This document shows positions 16,665 through 22,653 of a stretch of DNA of 24,000 nt, one piece after another. Location of the stretch: NCBI RefSeq assembly GCF_042732375.1, contig NZ_JBHWHV010000010.1, positions 170,403 to 194,402 of the forward strand. The letters run 5' to 3'. The notes below the pieces were generated by a model. It was not told the DNA's origin. It saw only the letters and a list, made by a program, of their open reading frames with translations, and searched no databases. Source of the stretch: Streptomyces sp. NPDC059785. Its GTDB lineage: Bacteria > Actinomycetota > Actinomycetes > Streptomycetales > Streptomycetaceae. Position 1 is the stretch's first letter, and each line of letters begins with the position of its first letter. The position numbers were made by a program, and so were the translations under genes.

Positions 16665-19205
16665 TCACGCGGGAAAGCGGCGGTCGACCCACTTCCACAG
16701 GAACTCAAGGGCGGCCGCCGCCACCGCCGCGATGCCCACCGCGGTCCACGGCATCACCGAGCCCACCAGGCGCAGCGCGAAGAAGTGCTGGAGCCACGGC
16801 ACGGCGAGCACCAGCAGGAACGCCACCCCCATCGCCGCGACCAGGCAGACCCGCCACCAGGTGTAGGGCCGGGCGATGATCGCCAGGACCCACATGGAGA
16901 TCAGGAACAGGGTCAGCGTCGCCGCGCTGGTCTCCGCGCCCAGCGCCCCCGACCCGGTGTAGTAGTGGCGGGCGATCAGGTACGTGACGAAGGTGGCCAC
17001 CGCGGCCAGTACGCCGCCCGGGATCGCGTACCGCATGACCCGTTTGACGAAGTGCGGCCGGGCCCGTTCCCTGTTCGGGGCGAGGGCCAGGAAGAACGCC
17101 GGGACGCCGATCGTCAGCGTCGACAGCAGGGTCAGATGGCGCGGCAGGAACGGGTACTCCACCTGCCAGCACACCACGAACACCGCGAGCAGCACCGAGT
17201 AGACCGTCTTCACCAGGAAGAGGGTCGCGACCCGGGTGATGTTGCCGATGACCCGGCGGCCCTCCGCGACCACCGAGGGCAGCGGCGCGAAGCTGTTGTC
17301 GAGCAGCACGATCTGCGCGACGGCCCGGGTCGCCTCGGACCCCGAGCCCATGCTGACCCCGATGTCGGCGTCCTTGAGGGCCAGTACGTCGTTGACGCCG
17401 TCGCCGGTCATCGCCACCGTGTGGCCGCGGGACTGGAGCGCGCCCACCATGTCGCGCTTCTGCTGCGGGGCGACCCGCCCGAAGACGGTGCCCTCCTCCA
17501 GCGCCTTGCCCATCTCCTCGGCCCGCTCGGGCAGTTCGCGGGCGTCGACCGGTGTGGCGGCGCCCGGCAGCCCCAGTTTCCCGGCGACCGCGCCCACCGA
17601 GACGGCGTTGTCCCCGGAGATCACCTTGGCCCGGACGTTCTGCTCGTCGAAGTAGCGCAGGGTGTCGGCGGCGTCCGGGCGCAGCCGCTGCTCCAGGACG
17701 ACCAGGGCGGTGGCCCGCACCCCTTCCTTGACGTCCGGGGCGTCCAGTTCCCTGGCGGCGCGGGCCAGCAGCAGTACCCGCAGCCCCTGCTCGTTGAGCC
17801 GCTCGGTCTCGCGCAGCGCCGCGTCCCCGGCGGGCAGCAGTACGTCGGGGGCGCCGAGCAGCCAGGTGCTGGACTCCCCGTCGCCCTCGCTGAAGGTGGC
17901 CCCGCTGTACTTGCGCGCGGAGGAAAAGGGCAGCGACTCCGTGCAGCGCCAGTCGTCACTGTCGGGGAAGGCGGCGACGATGGCCTGGAGGGAGGCGTTG
18001 GGGCGGGGGTCCGACTCACCGAGCGCGCCGAGGACCTTGCGTATGTAGCCCATCCGCGCGTCGTCACCGTCGCCGTCGTCATGGCCGTCGTCATGGCCGT
18101 CGCCGTCGTCATGGCCGTCGCCGTCCTCATGGCCGTCGCCGTCCTCATGGCCGCCGTCGTCGTCATGGCCGCCGTCGTCGCCCAGGGGCCGTACCTCCGT
18201 GACGTCCATGCCGCCCTCGGTGAGCGTGCCGGTCTTGTCCAGGCAGACGGTGTCGACGCGGGCCAGTCCCTCTATCGCGGGCAGCTCCTGCACCAGGACG
18301 TGCTTGCGGCCGAGCCGGATGACGCCGATCGCGAAGGCGACGGAGGTCAGCAGCACCAGCCCCTCCGGCACCATCGGCACGATGCCGCCGACCGTCCGCG
18401 CCACGGACTCCTTGAAGGCGTTGTCCTTGACCACGAGCTGGCTGATGACCAGGCCGATCGCGGTCGGGACCATCATCCACGTCACGTACTTGAGGATCGT
18501 GGAGATGCCGCTGCGCAGCTCGGAGTGGACGAGGGTGAAGCGGGAGGCTTCCTCGGCGAGCTGGGCCGCGTACGCCTCGCGGCCCACCTTGGTCGCGGTG
18601 AAGGCGCCGCCGCCCGCCACCACGAAGCTGCCCGACATGAGCTGCTCCCCGGGGCGCTTGACGACGGGGTCGGCCTCGCCGGTGAGCAGCGACTCGTCGA
18701 TCTCCAGGCCGTCGGCCTCGGCGACGGCGCCGTCCACGACGATCTTGTCGCCGGGCCCGATCTCGATCACGTCGCCGAGGACGATCTCGGAGGTGCGGAC
18801 GCCGACGGCCTTCCCGTCCCGGCGGACGGTCGGCTTCGACTCGCCGATCACGGCCAGCGAGTCCAGGGTCTTCTTGGCCCGCCACTCCTGGATGATCCCG
18901 ATGCCGGTGTTGGCGATGATCACGTAACCGAAGAGGCTGTCCTGGAAGGGCGCCACGAAGAGCATGATCACCCAGAGCACACCGATGATCGCGTTGAAGC
19001 GGGTGAAGACGTTGGCGCGGACGATCTCCATCAGCGAGCGGCTGCTGCGGACGGGAACGTCGTTCACCTTGCCCTGCGCGACCCGCTCGGCCACCTCGGC
19101 GGCGGTCAGTCCGCGGGCCCGTCCGGGCGGTGCTGAGGGGCGGGCGGGGTCGACGTCCGTGCCCGCGTCGGTGTGCGTCATGGATCCGACGGTACGTGCG
19201 CACAT
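16665..19205 (-). CDS. cation-translocating P-type ATPase (PEGL/P2-like, CtpE-like), 846 aa
   Basis: Motifs present are TGEADPV (actuator), PMVPEGL (TM4), CLDKTGTLT (phosphorylation site) and MTGDGVNDVLALKDADIG (hinge). ATG at 19205 sits 6 nt after AGGTGA; the alternative start is ATG 19181 (MTHTD). Confidence 0.9.
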   Translation of the reverse strand: MCARTVGSMTHTDAGTDVDPARPSAPPGRARGLTAAEVAERVAQGKVNDVPVRSSRSLMEIVRANVFTRFNAIIGVLWVIMLFVAPFQDSLFGYVIIANTGIGIIQEWRAKKTLDSLAVIGESKPTVRRDGKAVGVRTSEIVLGDVIEIGPGDKIVVDGAVAEADGLEIDESLLTGEADPVVKRPGEQLMSGSFVVAGGGAFTATKVGREAYAAQLAEEASRFTLVHSELRSGISTILKYVTWMMVPTAIGLVISQLVVKDNAFKESVARTVGGIVPMVPEGLVLLTSVAFAIGVIRLGRKHVLVQELPAIEGLARVDTVCLDKTGTLTEGGMDVTEVRPLGDDGGHDDDGGHEDGDGHEDGDGHDDGDGHDDGHDDGDGDDARMGYIRKVLGALGESDPRPNASLQAIVAAFPDSDDWRCTESLPFSSARKYSGATFSEGDGESSTWLLGAPDVLLPAGDAALRETERLNEQGLRVLLLARAARELDAPDVKEGVRATALVVLEQRLRPDAADTLRYFDEQNVRAKVISGDNAVSVGAVAGKLGLPGAATPVDARELPERAEEMGKALEEGTVFGRVAPQQKRDMVGALQSRGHTVAMTGDGVNDVLALKDADIGVSMGSGSEATRAVAQIVLLDNSFAPLPSVVAEGRRVIGNITRVATLFLVKTVYSVLLAVFVVCWQVEYPFLPRHLTLLSTLTIGVPAFFLALAPNRERARPHFVKRVMRYAIPGGVLAAVATFVTYLIARHYYTGSGALGAETSAATLTLFLISMWVLAIIARPYTWWRVCLVAAMGVAFLLVLAVPWLQHFFALRLVGSVMPWTAVGIAAVAAAALEFLWKWVDRRFPA
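18057..18180 (-). repeat. in-frame tandem repeat (units of about 18 nt, GAC/GAG-GAC-GGC-GAC-GGC-CAT) encoding a His/Asp/Gly tract inside the ATPase
   Basis: Read directly. The plus strand shows GTCATGGCCGTCGCCGTC-like units about six times. The translation is GDDGGHDDDGGHEDGDGHEDGDGHDDGDGHDDGHDDGDGDD, 13 residues after DKTGTLT. Confidence 0.9.
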
Positions 19206-19324
19206 ACGGCTTCACCTGCCGAGTGCCCCAAACATCCATCCTGGGGAGGACGGGAAATCGCCGGGGATCGTGCGGTGGTAGTACTCGGCCCCCGGGAAGT
19301 GCCGGGGTATACGAAAACCGCGGC

Positions 19325-19597
19325 CTAGTCGGTGACGGCGGCCCTGTGGGCGGCGTCCCGCTTGATGGCCGCGTCGCGCCCGCGGACGTACCAGACGCCG
19401 ATCAGGCCGAGACCCCCGCCGGCCAGACAGGTCCACAGCCACCAGGTGTGCCCGTGGTCGTCGAACCAGCCGTAGAAGGGGAGCTGCACCAGGAAGAGGA
19501 CGAACCAGAGGATCGTGCCGCCGGTGATGGTGGCGACGACGGGCCCCTCCAGGGGCTCCGGCGCCTCGTGCTTGGGAGTCCACTTCGCCATGGACAC
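19325..19597 (-). CDS. small two-TM membrane protein (DUF2530-like), about 88-90 aa
   Basis: Track ORF with helices TGGTILWFVLFLVQLPFYGWF and WWLWTCLAGGGLGLIGVWYV and high GC3. The start is GTG 19597 or ATG 19591. The family name is from memory. Confidence 0.65.
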   Translation of the reverse strand: MSMAKWTPKHEAPEPLEGPVVATITGGTILWFVLFLVQLPFYGWFDDHGHTWWLWTCLAGGGLGLIGVWYVRGRDAAIKRDAAHRAAVTD

Positions 19598-19735
19598 AGC
19601 TTACGAGGGCGGGGCGGGGGCTTGGCCGGGGGCGGGTGCCGGTGCGGTCTCCGAAGGCCCGAGGCCGTCCGGACGAACGGTGCGCGCGCCCTTCGTCCCA
19701 GCGGTCTACGCGCGGAGATAGCGATTTCGACCTCA

Positions 19736-19786
19736 TATGTTCATACTGAAACAGTCTGAGACTGGCGCTTTATGTTCGTATGAAAC
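19736..19786 (+). promoter_or_regulatory. AT-rich island: duplicated motif TATGTTCATACTGAAAC / TATGTTCGTA-TGAAAC flanking the palindrome CAGTC-TGA-GACTG, 70 nt upstream of the NCS2 permease start
   Basis: Read directly: copies at 19736-19752 and 19771-19786, palindrome at 19752-19764. Each copy begins with a -10-like TATGTT. This is the most AT-rich stretch near this gene in an otherwise GC-rich window. Confidence 0.35.
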
Positions 19787-19855
19787 GCCAAAGGCAGCCG
19801 AGCCGGGGTACCCCACCCGCCGGCCCCCGTACCGGCCCCCGAAGGCCCCGCACGC

Positions 19856-21322
19856 ATGAGGACCCGCATGTCCCCCTCGGCCACCACCCAGGCCCCCGCC
19901 CCGGAAAAGCAGCCGTCCCCGCGGCCCGCGAACGGCGCACTCGACCGCTTCTTCAAGATCTCCGAGCGCGGCTCCACCCTGGGCCAGGAGGTCCGCGGCG
20001 GCTTCGCGACCTTCTTCGCGATGGCCTACATCATCGTGCTGAACCCGATCGTCCTCGGCAGCGCGAAGGACATGTACGGGCACCAGCTCGACAACGGCCA
20101 GCTCGTCACCGCCACCGCCCTGAGCGCCGCCTTCACCACCCTGCTCATGGGCGTCATCGGCAACGTACCGATCGCGCTGGCCGCCGGACTCGGCGTGAAC
20201 ACGGTCGTCGCGCTCCAGCTCGCGCCGCGCATGGCGTGGCCGGACGCCATGGGCATGGTCGTGCTCGCGGGCATCGTGGTGATGCTCCTCGTCGCCACCG
20301 GTCTGCGGGAACGCGTGATGAGTGCGGTGCCACTGGGTCTGCGCAAGGGCATCTCGATCGGCATCGGCCTGTTCATCCTGCTGATCGGCCTGGTCGACTC
20401 CGGTTTCGTCTCGCGCATCCCGGACGCCGCGCAGACCACCGTGCCGCTCCAGCTCGGCGCCGACGGCCACCTCAACGGCTGGCCCGTGCTGATCTTCGTC
20501 CTCGGCACGCTGCTCACGCTCGCGCTGATGGTCCGCAAGGTCCCCGGCGCGATCCTGATCTCGATCGTCGCGATGACCGTCGTCGCCCTGATCATCAACG
20601 CCGTCGCCGACATCCCGTCCTGGGGCCTGACCACCCCGACGTGGCCCGGCAACCCCGTCTCCACCCCCGACTTCGGCCTCCTCGGCAAGGTGAGCCTGTT
20701 CGGCGGCTTCGACAAGGTCGGCGTGCTGACCGGCATCCTGTTCGTCTTCACGGTCCTGCTGTCGTGCTTCTTCGACGCGATGGGCACGATCATGGGCGTC
20801 AGCGACGAGGCCAAGCTGAACGACGCCGACGGCAACATGCCCGGCATCAACAAGGTCCTGCTGGTCGACGGCATCGCGGTGGCCGCGGGCGGCGCCACCT
20901 CCTCGTCGGCCACCACCTGCTTCGTGGAGTCCACCGCCGGTGTCGGCGAGGGCGCGCGCACCGGCTTCGCGAACATCGTCACCGGCGGGCTCTTCGCCGT
21001 CGCGCTCTTCCTGACCCCCATCGCCACCATGGTTCCGTCGCAGGCGGCGACCCCGGCGCTGATCGCGGTCGGCTTCCTGATCATGTCCCACTCGATCAAG
21101 GACATCGACTGGACGGACTACACGATCGCCATCCCGGCCTTCGTGACGATGCTCCTGATGCCGTTCTCATACTCGATCACCAACGGCATCGGCATGGGCT
21201 TCATCACCTTCGTGGTGCTGCGCCTGGCGGCGGGTCGCGTCCGGGAGATCCCCGTGGCGATGTACGTGGTGTCGGCCGTGTTCGCCTTCTACTACCTGAT
21301 GCCGGCGCTCGGCCTGACCTGA
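19856..21322 (+). CDS. NCS2-family purine permease (AzgA / adenine-guanine-hypoxanthine permease type), 488 aa
   Basis: Track ORF. The sequence LDRFFKISERGSTLGQEVRGGFATFFAMAYIIVLNP is the characteristic N-terminus of this family, and the protein is polytopic. The alternative start is ATG 19868. Confidence 0.9.
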   Translation: MRTRMSPSATTQAPAPEKQPSPRPANGALDRFFKISERGSTLGQEVRGGFATFFAMAYIIVLNPIVLGSAKDMYGHQLDNGQLVTATALSAAFTTLLMGVIGNVPIALAAGLGVNTVVALQLAPRMAWPDAMGMVVLAGIVVMLLVATGLRERVMSAVPLGLRKGISIGIGLFILLIGLVDSGFVSRIPDAAQTTVPLQLGADGHLNGWPVLIFVLGTLLTLALMVRKVPGAILISIVAMTVVALIINAVADIPSWGLTTPTWPGNPVSTPDFGLLGKVSLFGGFDKVGVLTGILFVFTVLLSCFFDAMGTIMGVSDEAKLNDADGNMPGINKVLLVDGIAVAAGGATSSSATTCFVESTAGVGEGARTGFANIVTGGLFAVALFLTPIATMVPSQAATPALIAVGFLIMSHSIKDIDWTDYTIAIPAFVTMLLMPFSYSITNGIGMGFITFVVLRLAAGRVREIPVAMYVVSAVFAFYYLMPALGLT

Positions 21323-21341
21323 GCCGACAGCGCGTTGCGGA

Positions 21342-21366
21342 GCGGGGCCGGAGCCCGGCACCCCGC
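21342..21366. terminator. GC-rich hairpin GCGGGGCCGG-AGC-CCGG-CA-CCCCGC between the convergent permease and RHH genes
   Basis: Read directly. There is no U-tract, which is common for high-GC actinobacterial terminators. Confidence 0.35.
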
Positions 21367-21385
21367 GCATGGGGGGCCGGGGCCG

Positions 21386-21568
21386 TCATCTGACCCCGTA
21401 GAACCGCTCCGTCTCCTCGACCGCGGACTGGAAGCGCTGGTCGAAATCCTGCCGAATGAGCGTCCGGACGACATAGTCCTGGACGCTCATTCCGCTTCTG
21501 GCGGCGTGCTGCCGGAGCCGGTCGAGCAGCTCCCCGTCCATCCGCAGGCTGAGCACTCTGGTCCCCAT
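21386..21568 (-). CDS. ribbon-helix-helix (CopG/antitoxin-like) DNA-binding protein, 60 aa
   Basis: Track ORF. The RHH pattern is RVLSLRMDGELLDRLRQHAARSGMSVQDYVVRTLIRQ (beta strand, helix, G-x-S/T turn, helix). 53 of 60 codons end in G/C. There is no obvious RBS. Confidence 0.6.
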   Translation of the reverse strand: MGTRVLSLRMDGELLDRLRQHAARSGMSVQDYVVRTLIRQDFDQRFQSAVEETERFYGVR

Positions 21569-21622
21569 GCCGACGAGGGTTCCGGTCCCCGTGTGGGCGA
21601 CGGGTGGCTTTTTGTTACCAAC

Positions 21623-21638
21623 TCACTCATATGAGTGA
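21623..21638. promoter_or_regulatory. perfect 16-bp palindrome TCACTCATATGAGTGA in the RHH/marR divergent region (candidate operator)
   Basis: Read directly. A third ATGAGT half-site lies in GTAATGAGTTAC (21691-21702), nested in the inverted repeat CTTTAG...CTAAAG (21680-21709) just upstream of the marR ATG. Confidence 0.5.
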
Positions 21639-21712
21639 CGTACTGGTTCAGTGGCCCGATTCACGGGCAACCCGGTGGTCTTTAGTCAGAGTAATGAGTT
21701 ACCCTAAAGAAC

Positions 21713-22150
21713 ATGCCTGACCTCACCCATGGCGACGATGCGGCCGCTGTGAACGCACTGCGGTCCGCAGTGATGCGCCTGTCCCGTCGACTCAAGCACC
21801 AGCGGGTCGACGAGACGCTGAGCCCCACCGAGATCTCGGTGCTCGGCACCCTCGCCCGCTGCGGCACGGCGACTCCGGGCGAGCTGGCCCGCAAGGAGCA
21901 CGTCCAGCCGCCCTCGATGACCCGCATCGTGGCACTGCTCGAAGCCAAGGGCCTGGTCAGGCTGGAGCCGCATCCGGAGGACCGGCGCCAGAAGGTCGTC
22001 ACGCAGACGGAGCAGGCCGAGACCATGCTCGAGGAGAGCCGCCGCAAGCGGAACGCGTGGCTGGCCGGTCTGGTGGAGACTCTGGACGAGGACGAGTGGG
22101 AGAAGCTACGGGCGGCGGCGCCGGTGCTGGAGAAGCTCGCGCATCAATGA
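21713..22150 (+). CDS. MarR-family transcriptional regulator, 145 aa
   Basis: Track ORF. The winged-HTH core is LSPTEISVLGTLARCGTATPGELARKEHVQPPSMTRIVALLEAKGLVRLEPHPEDRRQKVV. Confidence 0.9.
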   Translation: MPDLTHGDDAAAVNALRSAVMRLSRRLKHQRVDETLSPTEISVLGTLARCGTATPGELARKEHVQPPSMTRIVALLEAKGLVRLEPHPEDRRQKVVTQTEQAETMLEESRRKRNAWLAGLVETLDEDEWEKLRAAAPVLEKLAHQ

Positions 22151-22159
22151 GGTGGGGCG

Positions 22160-22227
22160 GGGCGGGGCGGACCGACGGTAGGCCCGACCACCACCGGGCC
22201 GCCCGCCCAGCTCCGTCCGCCCCGCCC
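22160..22227 (+). terminator. 13-bp perfect GC stem (22160-22172 / 22215-22227) enclosing a nested hairpin GGCCCG-N8-CGGGCC (22181-22200), directly after the marR stop
   Basis: Read directly: GGGCGGGGCGGAC pairs with GTCCGCCCCGCCC. The left arm is part of the G-run GGTGGGGCGGGGCGGGGCGG (22151-22170). There is no U-tail. Confidence 0.35.
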
Positions 22228-22653
22228 GGCTCCGCCGGACCACCCGTCACCCGCGACCGTCCGCTGTCCGCCACTGCCGAACCACCCACGACCGTCGGCC
22301 GTCCGCCCGTCGCCCGCCTCCGCCGGATCACCCACCGGCTGCCGGGCCGCCGGGCCTTCGCTCCCCCCGCTTCCCAGCGAGCCCGCCCGCCACCACCGCC
22401 CTCGACCGCCGCCTCGGATCCCTACCCACCGCCCGCTGGGCCCCGGCCCCCGCTTCCCAGCGGGCCCGCCCGCCACCCCCCCCGGGCCACTGCCGTCTCG
22501 CCGCCTCCGACCGATCGCCTGCGGGCGACCCCTCCGACCGACCACCTCCGACCGATCGCCTCCAACCACCCGCCGACACCGCACCCACCGCCTACGGCCG
22601 CCCAAGCGTCCCGTTCGTCCCCACCGCACGTCCGCCCGAGGAGGCGAAAGCTT
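22228..22653 (+). repeat. C-rich, G-poor non-coding spacer containing direct repeats
   Basis: A 31-nt direct repeat CCCCCGCTTCCCAGCG(A/G)GCCCGCCCGCCACC occurs at 22364-22394 and 22447-22477 (1 mismatch). CCTCCGACCGA occurs three times (22504, 22531, 22545), two of them extended to the 17-nt CCTCCGACCGATCGCCT. Counted by hand, 22261-22320 has 33 C versus 14 G, and 22501-22560 has 32 C versus 14 G. Confidence 0.8.

Noticed and set aside
16785-19136. 783-aa plus-strand ORF antisense to the P-type ATPase, plus other overlapping ORFs at 18163..19239 and 17621..18166
   Set aside because: These are shadow ORFs. The minus-strand frame has every canonical P-type ATPase motif, whereas these translate to R/G/D/H-rich low-complexity sequence.
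19598-19855. Possible guanine/adenine riboswitch upstream of the purine permease
   Set aside because: I could not find the conserved purine-riboswitch junction and loop sequences or a three-way junction, so I report only an unclassified AT-rich duplicated motif.
19733-21105. Minus-strand ORFs 19733..21091 and 20026..21105, antisense to the NCS2 permease, and the plus-strand off-frame ORF 19780..21393
   Set aside because: These are shadow ORFs with R/D/G/H-rich or S/T/P-rich low-complexity products. The 19856..21322 frame is a clear polytopic NCS2 permease.
22364-22561. Direct repeats in the marR-MFS spacer as a possible mini CRISPR array
   Set aside because: There are only two copies of the 31-nt repeat, with an 83-nt period and C-rich low-complexity sequence between them. 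The other repeats are irregularly spaced and no cas genes are present, so this is not CRISPR-like.
22057-22653. Pro-rich N-terminal extension of the 647-aa MFS track ORF
   Set aside because: It would start inside marR. About 19% of its codons end in A/T, against roughly 5-8% in the real genes. It contains nucleotide-level direct repeats. A strong RBS plus TTG at 22654 precedes the transporter core. I treat it as a non-coding spacer (see findings).
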